DNA of 64,000 bases from an uncultured Methanomicrobiaceae archaeon. GTDB lineage: Archaea > Halobacteriota > Methanomicrobia > Methanomicrobiales > Methanoculleaceae. A program made the translations under genes and the position numbers. The DNA is taken from contig CAWGXH010000004.1 of NCBI GenBank assembly GCA_963826525.1, forward strand, positions 352,001-416,000, given 5' to 3'. This document shows positions 1 through 9,848 of this stretch, one piece after another (positions within the stretch are counted from its first letter, which is position 1; each line of letters starts with the position of its first letter). Under the pieces are notes generated by a model. The model made no database searches and was not told the origin of the DNA. It was given only the letters and a program-made list of their open reading frames with translations.

Positions 1-966
1 AGGCACCTCCGTCCACCTTCTCGACCGTCGTGATGCAGGTGCTCCCCTCAACGACGTGCGCAGCGTCCTGCCCGCAGGCGATGAAGACGGCCGCGACGAC
101 GTTGGCCGCTTGGGCGTTGAACCCGAGCGAGGCCGCGCGGGCGGAACCGACAAGATTCTTTCGATAGTTGACTGCTGCGAGGGTCTCGGCATCGGTCTTG
201 AGGAGGCCCGTGATGAGATCGTCGGAGAGCTTACCCCCGCAACAACCGTCTTGCCCCGTCCTTTGACCAGATTGATCGCTGCAGGCTTTTTATCGGTGCA
301 CATATTTCCGGAGAGTGCGACGAGACGGGCGCCGGTCTCCCGCTCGACGAGTTCCCCGACCTTTGCCGACGCTATCGTCACCATATTCATGCCCATGGCA
401 TCTTTGGTGTCGAACTCCATCCGCAGGAAAACACTTGTTCCGGCGACGTACGGGACGATATCGAAGAGTTTGCCGTGCGACGTGGTGCTCTCGGCCGCCT
501 CCCGTATCTCGGCCACGTGCTCTTCCACCCAGGTGACGATCTCCCGGGCATGGATGATGTCGCGGGCGGCAAAGACCGGTGCCCGGGTCATGCCGTCACG
601 CATGATCCGCACGTCCGCTCCGCCTGCCCGGGAGATCAGGGCGCAGCCCCGGTTCACCGACGCCACCAGCGCACCCTCGGTCGTCGCCAGAGGGAGGTAG
701 TACGACGCTTTCGCATACTCGCCGTTCACGGCGAGCGGGCCGGCGACGCCGACCGGCACCTGCACCGCACCGATCATATTCTCGATATTTTTCCTGACCG
801 CCTGGTCGATCGGGATCGTGAACGAACCGAGCGCCGCAAGGTCAGAACCCGTCTCGGATTCGATATATTTCCGGCGTATCCGGACGGCCTCAACGGCTCC
901 AAGTTCTTTCTCCAGGGCATAGAGTTTCAGCGAACCACTCCTGATGCGCTCGAAATAATCATCCAT
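1..966 (-). CDS. hmgA: HMG-CoA reductase (class I, NADPH); 3' end runs off the window; apparent 1-bp deletion near 231
   Basis: Not in the ORF track. Manual minus-strand translation from ATG 966 (alternative 975) gives MDDYFERIRSGSLKLYALEKE, ENMIGAVQVPVGVAGP, PLATTEGALVASVNRG, DAMGMNM, SGNMCTDKK and, after a frame change, KNLVGSA..GFNAQAAN..ACGQDAAHVVE. Confidence 0.95.
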   Translation of the reverse strand, partial: MDDYFERIRSGSLKLYALEKELGAVEAVRIRRKYIESETGSDLAALGSFTIPIDQAVRKNIENMIGAVQVPVGVAGPLAVNGEYAKASYYLPLATTEGALVASVNRGCALISRAGGADVRIMRDGMTRAPVFAARDIIHAREIVTWVEEHVAEIREAAESTTSHGKLFDIVPYVAGTSVFLRMEFDTKDAMGMNMVTIASAKVGELVERETGARLVALSGNMCTDKKPAAINLVKGRGKTVVAGVSSPTISSRASSRPMPRPSQQSTIERILSVPPARPRSGSTPKRPTSSRPSSSPAGRTLRTSLRGAPASRRSRRWTEVP

Positions 967-1000
967 GAATACCATTAGGACTCAAACATAAAGAGGACTG

Positions 1001-1930
1001 GTGGTTCGTATCAGAAGGACGCAATGGTGCATCGCCGTAGAGAGAACGGATGCCGAAGCAGCGCGACGCCGCCTTGCCGGAGTCGGCATGCTGGATCGGA
1101 CGCTGAAACCGAGGGTGGAAGGAGAACTCCTCCTGCTGCCCGTCGTCGAGCCCTGCGAGGGGGCCCGGGAGTGCGAGTTCGAGGCGTTTCCGGCGCGAAC
1201 CGAACTCCCGCGGCACGAACTCGTGGGCGGCATCGCGATCATGCAGGAGGACGATCCGGCCGGAGCGAAACGGCTGCTCGCCTCCCGCCCGTCGCTCCAC
1301 ACCGTTCTTCTCCCCGAGAGCGCCGTCGAGGGAGAATACCGGACCCGGCGCTACACCGTCCTTGCGGGCACTCCCACCACCAAAACCCGGTACACGGAGT
1401 ACGGTCTTCGGTTCGACCTCGACCTCGGCCTCGCCTACTTCTCGGCCCGCCTCTCCACCGAGCGGCAGCGGCTGCTCTCCCTGATGGGGGAGGGAGAGTG
1501 CGTCCTCGATATGTTCGCCGGCGTCGGGCCGTTTGCGATCACGCTGGCGCGGCGGGCCCGGATCGTCTTCGCCGCCGATATCAATCCCGCCGCCGTCCAC
1601 CTGATGATCCGAAACCTCACCCTCAATCGCACCGAGAACGTGGTGCCCATCCTTGCGGATGCGGGACACCTCGACCGCATCGGCATGCCTCCCGTAGACC
1701 GGATCATCATGAACCTGCCCCTCGCAGCACCGCAGTTTCTCACGGCAGCGGCAAACCTCTGCCGGGACGGCGGATGGATCCACCTCTACGCCCTGCAGGA
1801 GCAGCCCGGTGAGTTCCTGCCGCTGATCGATGCTCTGCCGGTCGACGACGTCCGCGAGCAGGAGGTCAGAACATACTCGCCGGGAAAATGGCATGCGGTC
1901 TACGATATCCACATTGAAAAAGAAGAGTAG
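1001..1930 (+). CDS. trm5: Trm5/Tyw2 (Met-10+) family SAM-dependent tRNA methyltransferase
   Basis: EYGLRFDLDL..YFSARLSTERQR, VLDMFAGVGPF (SAM motif I), DINPAA, IMNLP. Confidence 0.85.
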   Translation: MVRIRRTQWCIAVERTDAEAARRRLAGVGMLDRTLKPRVEGELLLLPVVEPCEGARECEFEAFPARTELPRHELVGGIAIMQEDDPAGAKRLLASRPSLHTVLLPESAVEGEYRTRRYTVLAGTPTTKTRYTEYGLRFDLDLGLAYFSARLSTERQRLLSLMGEGECVLDMFAGVGPFAITLARRARIVFAADINPAAVHLMIRNLTLNRTENVVPILADAGHLDRIGMPPVDRIIMNLPLAAPQFLTAAANLCRDGGWIHLYALQEQPGEFLPLIDALPVDDVREQEVRTYSPGKWHAVYDIHIEKEE

Positions 1931-1935
1931 AGAAG

Positions 1936-2328
1936 TTATTCTGCAGGAACGAACTTCGTCCCGTAGTGGATGACACCGCTCTCACCGTCGGCGGCGATAC
2001 GGCGGAAGACGCTTTTAACCCGCATCCCGATATGCGCCTCGTCGGGGGTGCAGACGATCTGGGCGGTGAGGTTCGGCCCCTCGTCCAGTCTGACGATGGC
2101 AAGGACATAGGGCGTGGCGCTGTCGAACTGGTCGCTTGCCGTCCGGATGACCGTGTAGGTGACGACCTCGCCGTCGCCCTTGAACTGGTGGTCGATGACC
2201 TTCCCGCCACGGCGGCAGTCGGGGCAGAGCGACCGGGGCGGGTAGAAGTGCCGCCCACAGTTGGTGCAGACTGTGCCGATGAGGTTGTAACGCTGCGGAA
2301 TCTTTCTCCAGAACCGTGCTACCGACAT
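1936..2328 (-). CDS. DUF35 Zn-ribbon/OB-fold protein (thiolase/HMG-CoA synthase scaffold)
   Basis: MSVARFWRKIPQRYNLIGTVCTNCG..PPRSLCPDC, then OB-fold GEVVTYTVI and YGTKF; lies directly after the thiolase. Confidence 0.92.
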   Translation of the reverse strand: MSVARFWRKIPQRYNLIGTVCTNCGRHFYPPRSLCPDCRRGGKVIDHQFKGDGEVVTYTVIRTASDQFDSATPYVLAIVRLDEGPNLTAQIVCTPDEAHIGMRVKSVFRRIAADGESGVIHYGTKFVPAE

Positions 2329-2329
2329 G

Positions 2330-3493
2330 TTAGCACCCTCCGAGAATGTGGACGACGACCGTAGCGCCGGTGCCACCGACGTTATGCGCCATACCGATAT
2401 TCGCGTCCACCTGCCGACCTCCGGCTTCACCGCGGATCTGCTGGACAATCTCGTAGATCTGCTTGATCCCGGTCGCCCCAACAGGGTGGCCGCAGGCCTT
2501 CAGGCCACCGCTCGTGTTCACCGGGAGTGCCCCGTTCAGGGCCGTAACACCCTCTTCGGTGAGCTTGCCGGCCTCTCCCTTGTCGCAGAAGCCGAGGTCT
2601 TCGATGGCGCAGATCTCTGCGATGGTGAAGCAGTCGTGCACCTCGACGAGATCGATATCGCTGTGTTTAAGCCTCGCCTGTGCAAAGGCACGGCGGCCGG
2701 CGGCGACCGTAGCATCCAGTGTGGAGATGTCGCGACGGTCATGGAGCGCAATCGTATCGCTCGCCTGTGCACTCGCAAGCACCCGCACCGGAGAGTCGGT
2801 GAACTCACGGGCGCGTTCGAGCGGCACCACGACGACCGCCGCGGCACCGTCCGTGATCGGCGAACAGTCGAAGAGACGGAGCGGATCGGCTACCAGCGAG
2901 GAGTTCAGCACGGTGTCGATCGTGATCCGCTGCCGGAACTGGGCGATCGGGTTGTGAACGCCGTTCTCGTGGTTCTTCACCGCCACCTGCGCAAGCTGGT
3001 CCCGGGTGAGGGAGTAGCGGTGCATGTAGTTGTTCGCGATCATGGCGTAGAGGCCGGGGAACGTCGCACCGGCGAACCCTTCCCACTCACGATCTGCGGC
3101 GCCGGCGAGCGTGTCGACGCTCGCTCCCGTGCCGACGTCCGTCATCTTCTCGACACCGGCCGCGACGACGATATCCTCCATCCCGCTCGCGACGGCGATA
3201 ACGGCCTGCCGGAACGCAAGGCCGCCCGAAGCACACGCTGCCTCGACACGGGTCGAAGCGGCGTGGTTGCTGGCAAGACCGGCATAGTCGGCAATGAGCG
3301 CTCCGATGTGCTCCTGCTCGACGAACCTGCCGGCACTCATGTTTCCAACGTAGAGCGCGTCGATCTGTTCACCGGTAACGCCGGCATCATCAAGTGCCAG
3401 CGCTCCGGCCTCTACAAAGAGGTTTCGGAACGATGTGCTCCAGTGTTCGCCGAACTCCGTACATCCGACTCCGATTACTGCTACGTCTCTCAT
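2330..3493 (-). CDS. Acetoacetyl-CoA thiolase (archaeal, SCP-x type)
   Basis: [37 protein letters not shown] motifs; clustered with HMG-CoA synthase and DUF35. Confidence 0.95.
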   Translation of the reverse strand: MRDVAVIGVGCTEFGEHWSTSFRNLFVEAGALALDDAGVTGEQIDALYVGNMSAGRFVEQEHIGALIADYAGLASNHAASTRVEAACASGGLAFRQAVIAVASGMEDIVVAAGVEKMTDVGTGASVDTLAGAADREWEGFAGATFPGLYAMIANNYMHRYSLTRDQLAQVAVKNHENGVHNPIAQFRQRITIDTVLNSSLVADPLRLFDCSPITDGAAAVVVVPLERAREFTDSPVRVLASAQASDTIALHDRRDISTLDATVAAGRRAFAQARLKHSDIDLVEVHDCFTIAEICAIEDLGFCDKGEAGKLTEEGVTALNGALPVNTSGGLKACGHPVGATGIKQIYEIVQQIRGEAGGRQVDANIGMAHNVGGTGATVVVHILGGC

Positions 3494-4543
3494 CGCTGCA
3501 TCACGATCTTTCCTTTGTGTTTGGCATACAGTGCATAGTCGATGTATATGGGATTTGCAAGGAGTTTCTCGACGGATGGAGCTCTTGCCCTGTCGAATGA
3601 GTCCGATGCGATGGCGTCGGTCACTTCGATATCGAAGGCGTCGCTCCCGGCACCCGACCCGAACGAGGTGACGAAGATCCGGTCACCCGGACTCTGCGAT
3701 ATCGAGCGTCGCGGCAAGGCCGACCATGGACGCACCGCTGTAGGTGTTGCCGAGCCGCGGGACGACGAGTCCCGGCTTGATCTGTTCGCCGGTAAAACCG
3801 AGCATCTTCGCCACACGCTGCGGGAACTTCGCATTCGGCTGGTGAAAGACCGCATAGTCATAGTCGGAGGGCGTCTTTTCCATCTGCTCGAGCATCAGGC
3901 GTGCAGCCCCCTGGACGTGCTTGAAGTATCCCGGGTCGCCGGTGAACCGCCCGCCGTGCCGGGGGAAGTTCTGTCCTTCACGCCGCCAGAAATCCGGTGT
4001 ATCGGTGGTGAACGAACAGGTGTGGTTGATAACGGCGATGGGATCGTCGTTACCGAGCACGAACGCAGCTCCGCCGGCTGCGGCAGTGTACTCGAGCGCA
4101 TCGCCGGGTGCCCCCTGGGCAACGTCGGCACCGACGGCCATCCCGAAGGTCACCATCCCGCTCTTGACAAGACCCATACAGGTCTGAATCGCAGCGGTTC
4201 CGGCCTTGCAGGCGAACTCGTAGTCAGCAGCGGTCATGTACGGTGTCGCACCTATCGCCTCGCCGACCGTACAGGCAGTGGGTTTAACCGCGTAGGGATG
4301 CGATTCGCTCCCAACGTAGATCGCACCGATCTTCTCCGGATCGACGTTTCTCCGCCGCATTGCCGCCCGTGATGCCTCGACGGCGATCGTGGCGGTGTCC
4401 TCGTCCATATCGGGGACGGACTTTTCAAAGACGCCGAGCCCTTTTGTAATGTCGTCTGCGTTGGCACCCCATACCCGGGCGATCTCGGGGATCTTTATCC
4501 GAAACCGCGGGATATAGACGCCGTATGAATATATGCCTACCAT
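3490..4543 (-). CDS. hmgB: HMG-CoA synthase (archaeal); apparent +1 frameshift near 3691
   Basis: [46 protein letters not shown]; C-terminal [17 protein letters not shown] continues in the adjacent frame. Confidence 0.93.
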
Positions 4544-5249
4544 AACTCCCCTCGTAAGGAACTGATGATCGTCTCGACATCCATCTGCGTGCACAGCACG
4601 GTAATCCTGTCCTTCTCTGCAAGTCTCGGTATCAGCGGATGCACCTGTTCGGAGGTTATCCCCTGCAGGATGACACAGCGGGGCTTGAACGGCGTGACCC
4701 GGATCGCCACCATCGGAGACTTTCCGTTGGAGACGTCGGTGAATATCAGCGCCCGTTCGGGTACTCCAGCCATAGATCCGGTTGAACTCGCTCGAAGAGA
4801 GCTGCAGGATGGCATTCAAGCTGTTGATGATCGTATACCCGAAGATCGTCTGGTCGAGCGAGCCGCAAAGAAGCGTGCAGTCGATGGCCTTTGAAAAATC
4901 TTCGAGGGTAACGGGTGATGCATACTCGTGGATGTCGTAGATGACGTCTTCGTCAAACTCACTGTACAGAATTTTCGCAAATTTGTTGATGTACTTACTG
5001 CCGCTGTCCTCGTCGATGTTCAGGATGGTATCGACGATCTTACCGACAATGGCCGTTCCGGGACTCTTTCGACGTCCACTTTCATAGTCGCTGATGACTG
5101 AAGGAGAGACTCCGAGGCGATCTGCCAGTATTCCCTGGGGAATATTAAAGACTCATCCGCCATTTCTTCAAAGCCTTTCCTGGAGAGTCCGAAAGCGTAA
5201 TCTCACCCGCCATTTTCTCAGCAAGCTGATGACGCACTCCGGATTTCAT
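4537..5249 (-). CDS. XRE-type HTH transcriptional regulator (COG1709-like); two apparent frameshifts near 5150 and 4760
   Basis: Joined translation: [78 protein letters not shown]; overlaps the HMG-CoA synthase start. Confidence 0.85.
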
Positions 5250-5385
5250 GCCATCTATGTTGGTAGCGATACTTAAAAAATTAGCGTATCACACATCGAC
5301 ATTTCACGAAGAGGATCCGGCGGGAAGGCAAAAGCAGACAGGACATAGCAACCCATATATAGTATGCATCTCAATTTTGATGCAT

Positions 5386-6057
5386 ATGGTCGTGGCAGAA
5401 GATCTGCAGTGCCTCAAGACGATCGCCCTGCTCGGCGGATGCAGCGGAGCGATATGGCTGTCATCCCAGACATTCGGGAGATCGCTGGATATCAGCCCCC
5501 AGACCGCCTCCCGCCGCCTCATCTCGCTCGAGCGCCAGCACCTGATCACGAGGTCGCTCCGGTCGGACGGCCAGTACGTCGCCGTCACGCCGCAGGGCGA
5601 GAGCGAGCTCAAGCGGGAATATGCCGAGTATGAAAGAATATTCACCCGGAAGAAAGAACGGCATACCCTGACCGGCACTGTAATCAGCGGTCTTGGAGAA
5701 GGCCGCTACTACATGAGCATACCCCATTACCGTGAACAGTTTGCAGAGAAACTCGGGTTTGAACCATACCCCGGCACGCTGAACATCCGGCTCAACCCGC
5801 TCAGCATTCAGGTGCGAAAAGAACTTGATGCGCGGAACTGGATCGAGGTAGACGGGTTTACTAACGACAACAGAACCTTCGGCGGCGCATATGCCCTTCC
5901 ATGCCGGATAGGAGGGCACTCCTGTGCGATAGTTGTACCGACACGATCACACTATCCCGAAGACATCATCGAGGTTATCGCCGGACGCGAGCTCCGCAAG
6001 GAGCTTTCGCTCACCGATAATGATACCGTCGAGGTGGAGGTTACCTATGATGCATGA
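5386..6057 (+). CDS. ribK: CTP-dependent riboflavin kinase with N-terminal winged HTH
   Basis: ISPQTASRRL HTH; GTVISGLGEGRYY, EPYPGTLN, VVPTRSHY; followed by ribB. Confidence 0.93.
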   Translation: MVVAEDLQCLKTIALLGGCSGAIWLSSQTFGRSLDISPQTASRRLISLERQHLITRSLRSDGQYVAVTPQGESELKREYAEYERIFTRKKERHTLTGTVISGLGEGRYYMSIPHYREQFAEKLGFEPYPGTLNIRLNPLSIQVRKELDARNWIEVDGFTNDNRTFGGAYALPCRIGGHSCAIVVPTRSHYPEDIIEVIAGRELRKELSLTDNDTVEVEVTYDA

Positions 6058-6712
6058 AGCACTACGAGCACTGGCAAACGGCGAATTCATTCTGCTGTAT
6101 GATTTTGACGATCGAGAACGGGAAACTGACCTTACGATTCTGGCGGATGCGGTAACTCCCGCCCATGTGCGACAGATGCGAAAGGATGCGGGCGGCCTGA
6201 TCTGTACCGCCGTCCACCCCGAGGCCGCAAAGAGGCTCGGCCTCCCGTTTGCGAGGGATATCCTCAGTGCCAGCAGCCTCGTCGAGAAAGACGGCGATAT
6301 CCCCTATGATCGGAGGAACCACTCCTCCTTCTCCCTCTGGGTCAACCACCGGGAGACGTTCACGGGGATCACCGACAACGATCGTTCGCTTACGATACAG
6401 GCCGTTGCCGAACAGGTGAAGCGTTCCCTCAACGGCGGCGGCACGAACTTCAGCGCTTCGTTCCGGACGCCCGGGCACGTCCCGCTCCTCCGGGCTGCCG
6501 ACCATCTGCTCGATGAGCGATGCGGACAGACCGAACTCTCCATTGCTCTCGCCGATCTTGCCGGAGTAACGCCGGCGGTCACGGTCTGCGAGATGCTCGA
6601 CGATGAAACGGGCATGGCACTTTCGAAGGAGGATGCCCGGGCGTATGCCCGAAAACACGGACTTGTCTTCATCGAGGGCAAAGACGTTGTGGAGAAATGG
6701 AGTTCCCGGTAA
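6047..6712 (+). CDS. ribB: 3,4-dihydroxy-2-butanone-4-phosphate synthase
   Basis: DFDDRERETD, AGGLIC, TGITDNDR, FRTPGHV, GQTE, VCEMLD. Confidence 0.95.
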   Translation: MMHEALRALANGEFILLYDFDDRERETDLTILADAVTPAHVRQMRKDAGGLICTAVHPEAAKRLGLPFARDILSASSLVEKDGDIPYDRRNHSSFSLWVNHRETFTGITDNDRSLTIQAVAEQVKRSLNGGGTNFSASFRTPGHVPLLRAADHLLDERCGQTELSIALADLAGVTPAVTVCEMLDDETGMALSKEDARAYARKHGLVFIEGKDVVEKWSSR

Positions 6713-6845
6713 TTCAGGAAACCAACTCTTTTTACTCTCAAATACCGCCACGGACCGCCCCACCATCCCCGAGGGCTCTTTTCAGAGGAGAACTGCCGCG
6801 CAGCTTCGTAAATCATAAATAGTAGTATACAATACCATTTGGCGA

Positions 6846-7499
6846 ATGAAAAGAGATGCAGTCGTGTATCTAAATACAAAAAGGAAGGGGGACTTCGAGG
6901 TTCAGAAGAGTGAAGTCGAGAACTTCTGTAAATATCGATTTAATATCGCCAGGATCTACCACGACCACCGGATGAACGCAATCCCCCCTGAAAAGCGCAG
7001 GTCATACCAGGAGATGCTGGATTACTGCTGCGCACACGGCCAGGATACCATTATTCTCTACAATTTCTGCGACCTTGCGAAGAATCCGGATCACAGTCTC
7101 CAGGCACTCAAAACATTGAACGATGCTAAATACTGCATTTACTCTGCCACAAAGGACTTCTTCGGCGCGACGGATGACCAGACCCAGCGGCAGGAACTCA
7201 TCGGCAACTTCCTCGAATTCATGGACCATTACCGGGATACCGTCCAGAAGGTGCCGGCGGCCGGGGCGAAGAAGGCGGTGCGAAAAGGGATCAATACGAT
7301 CGGAAGGCCAAAAGCACTCAATGAAGGGCAGATCGAGGCACTGCTCACCATCAGGCAGGCAGGCACGAGTATCAGCCAGATCTGCAGGATGTTCGACGTC
7401 AGCAGAAGCACGGTGAGCAAGATCCTCGCCGACTACCCCGAGCTCAAAGGCGAGTGGAAAGGAACCCGGGCGGAGTCTGAACTCGAAAGCAGCGATTAA
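6846..7499 (+). CDS. Resolvase-like (serine recombinase fold) protein with C-terminal Hin-type HTH; catalytic motif degenerate
   Basis: N-terminal AVVYLN where YxRVS is expected; GRPKALNEGQI..GTSISQICRMFDVSRSTVSK HTH; AT-rich putative promoter at about 6810-6835. Confidence 0.6.
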   Translation: MKRDAVVYLNTKRKGDFEVQKSEVENFCKYRFNIARIYHDHRMNAIPPEKRRSYQEMLDYCCAHGQDTIILYNFCDLAKNPDHSLQALKTLNDAKYCIYSATKDFFGATDDQTQRQELIGNFLEFMDHYRDTVQKVPAAGAKKAVRKGINTIGRPKALNEGQIEALLTIRQAGTSISQICRMFDVSRSTVSKILADYPELKGEWKGTRAESELESSD

Positions 7500-7589
7500 C
7501 TATTGAGGAACAGCATCGCAACCGATTTTTTCCCGGCAGGGGCAGGGAAAACGGTGTTGAAAAATAAAGAGGAGAGAGGGATCCCGGAT

Positions 7590-8159
7590 CTATAACTGGA
7601 TCTGGGAGAGGGCGTCGTAGACCATCTTCCGGGAGATGGGCGGCTGATTTTCGTACTCCTTCTGCGCTCTCTGCGAATCCTCGGTTGTCCCCATCGCGTC
7701 GATACGGTCGAGCGTATTCCGGGCGGTATCGAGCACCCAGATATCACGAGTCTCCCGGTCGACGACGGAGATCGACTCGACGCGGATGGATAAGAGAGAC
7801 TTCCCATCGGGCGTCTCGAAGATATTCGGCTTGCCGATCACGGCAACGAATGCCGGAGGTTCGATTCTGGCAATCTGCTGCATCGCCTCGGGGTTATACG
7901 AACCGGCCATGATGAAGAACGTACCGGTCGGATCGGCGACCCGGCCGCGGTAGAAGATGTTCTGGTCACCCTGCCGCTGCTTCTCGGTGAGCGTCCCGAC
8001 AATAAGGATACGATTTGCCCGAACCCCGCTCGGGAGGAGGACATAGGTAGGGCTTTTTTCGTCCTCGCCCTCCTTGAAATGGACGCGTGTCTCGCGGAGC
8101 TCCGATGCAAAGACCCTGCGTGCGGGCTCACGCTCGTAGGAGATCTGCTGACGGTTCAT
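7590..8159 (-). CDS. RPA-associated OB-fold protein (RPA32-like)
   Basis: REPARRVFASEL, NRILIVGTLTE, VADPTGTFFIMAG; overlaps the rpa stop. Confidence 0.85.
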   Translation of the reverse strand: MNRQQISYEREPARRVFASELRETRVHFKEGEDEKSPTYVLLPSGVRANRILIVGTLTEKQRQGDQNIFYRGRVADPTGTFFIMAGSYNPEAMQQIARIEPPAFVAVIGKPNIFETPDGKSLLSIRVESISVVDRETRDIWVLDTARNTLDRIDAMGTTEDSQRAQKEYENQPPISRKMVYDALSQIQL

Positions 8160-9382
8160 GCCGTTTCACCTCCGGCACGGTTCAGCAGCAAAGCAAGTTC
8201 CGCGGAGTCGAAGGTCACCGGGGCACACTGCTCCACCAGCAGCCGCCCATCGAACTCGTTGCCGATGCAGGTGTAGTAGCGTCCGAGGACTGCATTTGAG
8301 ATCCGATTAAATACCTCATCCACCCCGAGAGGATTATTCTCCGCAACCTCGATCGCCTCGTCCAGGGTGAGGGAAGCAAGTCCCTCGACGATCTCGCGCT
8401 GGGCAAGGATATTTCTCGCACGGGTGCCGTCGTCGAGCACAGCCTTCAGGCGCAGATCGTAGCGGAAGTTCGGCTGGATCTCGTGCACGGGACAGTAGTT
8501 CTGCCGGGAGAGCGTGCGGCTGCACCCCTCCACCGGGCAGCGCTTGATCAGTCCCGAACCGGGAGCGACGTGAACTATCGCGCCTGAAACTCCTGTCTCG
8601 CTCCTGCCGACCTCGATATCGCCCTCGTCTGCGATATACATGGCGGAGTTTAAGGTGAGGGAGAGCCTGCCGTTGTACTCGTCGACAACGGCATAGTAGA
8701 TGTTGTAGACGGTATCGGGTTCGAGTTGCTCTTTACCGTCCTCTTTCCAGATGACGAACCTGAGAGTTCCGGTCTCATCACCGAGAATACCAGCCTGCAG
8801 CATCCGGTCGTGCGTGCCATCCCTGACCTGCACTGTTTTCGCCCGGATGCTGCCGACTCCCGGCTTGAGCTCCGCAATCGGTGTGATCGACGGGATAAGC
8901 GGTACATCGCTCTCAACTGTCGTGATGGTCGTCCCGGAGTGGATCGTCAGGTTCGGTGCACCCCGGTACTCGTTGATGACGGCGGACTCGATCCGATACC
9001 ACTGCCCGTACTCCATCGTGGGAGGATTGCCGCGGCTCCAGGCGACAAAACGGATAGCACCCGACGAGTCGGCTATAATGCCGTTCTGGGCGATGGACGG
9101 CGAGGGGGAGGGGCTCAACGCGACGATCTTACCCTCGATCGTCACCCATTCTCCGGGTGCGACATCGTGGATCCGACGCTCCTCAGTCGATGTACCACTG
9201 ATGTCGGTCAGCTTGTGCTCGCGGGCAAGGTCGCTCATAACCGTCCGTTCAGCTTCGGCGAGATTGACGCCGAACTCCTCCACGAGGCGCCGGAGTTTGG
9301 ATTCGATCTTCTGCCGGTCGACAGAAGCACCTTTTGCTTCGATTTTCTGGGAGATTCTCTCAGCTACTTCAGACAATGTCAT
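8156..9382 (-). CDS. rpa: Replication protein A large subunit (multiple OB folds plus Zn finger)
   Basis: OB motifs GIIADSSGAIRFVAW and GILGDETGTLRFVIW; GSGLIKRCPVEGCSR..CPVH; DLRLKAVLDDG. Confidence 0.9.
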   Translation of the reverse strand: MTLSEVAERISQKIEAKGASVDRQKIESKLRRLVEEFGVNLAEAERTVMSDLAREHKLTDISGTSTEERRIHDVAPGEWVTIEGKIVALSPSPSPSIAQNGIIADSSGAIRFVAWSRGNPPTMEYGQWYRIESAVINEYRGAPNLTIHSGTTITTVESDVPLIPSITPIAELKPGVGSIRAKTVQVRDGTHDRMLQAGILGDETGTLRFVIWKEDGKEQLEPDTVYNIYYAVVDEYNGRLSLTLNSAMYIADEGDIEVGRSETGVSGAIVHVAPGSGLIKRCPVEGCSRTLSRQNYCPVHEIQPNFRYDLRLKAVLDDGTRARNILAQREIVEGLASLTLDEAIEVAENNPLGVDEVFNRISNAVLGRYYTCIGNEFDGRLLVEQCAPVTFDSAELALLLNRAGGETA

Positions 9383-9647
9383 ACTACATCTCCAGTGAGT
9401 ACTTCGTTCTGCGTATGTATTAACCATCGTCGCGCGGGGCGAAAATGAACCTCGCGGACCTCTCCCTGGTGCCCGGTGGCGGCTCCGCCGGCACCTGATC
9501 GCTTACCCCGGTACCGATCTTCGCAAGGCGGATAAAAACACTGCTACGAACTCCCGGATAGCGTAGCAGACTTCTCTCCCCCGTTTCCTCGCCCGATCGG
9601 GGAGTTCACTCGAATGTATATATACCGGGAACAACAATAAAAATGGC

Positions 9648-9842
9648 ATGGCGTTAACAGCAGACAGTACGATTGCAGAACTCCTGCGTGAGAAACCGGA
9701 GTCTGCACAGGTTCTCTTCCGGTTCGGCATGGGCTGCCTCGGGTGTGCCATTGCAAACAACGAAACCGTCAGGGAAGCGGCTCAGGCTCACGGTGTCCCG
9801 CTCGAGGAGATGCTCTCGGCACTGGGCATCCCCGAGAAATAA
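9648..9842 (+). CDS. DUF1858 small redox-disulfide domain protein
   Basis: 64 aa with FGMGCLGC..ETVREAA..HG; TATA-like TATATATA about 30 nt upstream. Confidence 0.85.
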   Translation: MALTADSTIAELLREKPESAQVLFRFGMGCLGCAIANNETVREAAQAHGVPLEEMLSALGIPEK

Positions 9843-9848
9843 CACAAT

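Noticed and set aside
3683-4819. ORF-track fusion of the regulator C-terminus to HMG-CoA synthase
   Set aside because: Created by the indel near 4760; the synthase has its own SD and ATG at 4543.
6846-7499. Transposon or invertible element around the resolvase-like gene
   Set aside because: No transposase, terminal repeats or cargo; catalytic motif missing; housekeeping flanks.
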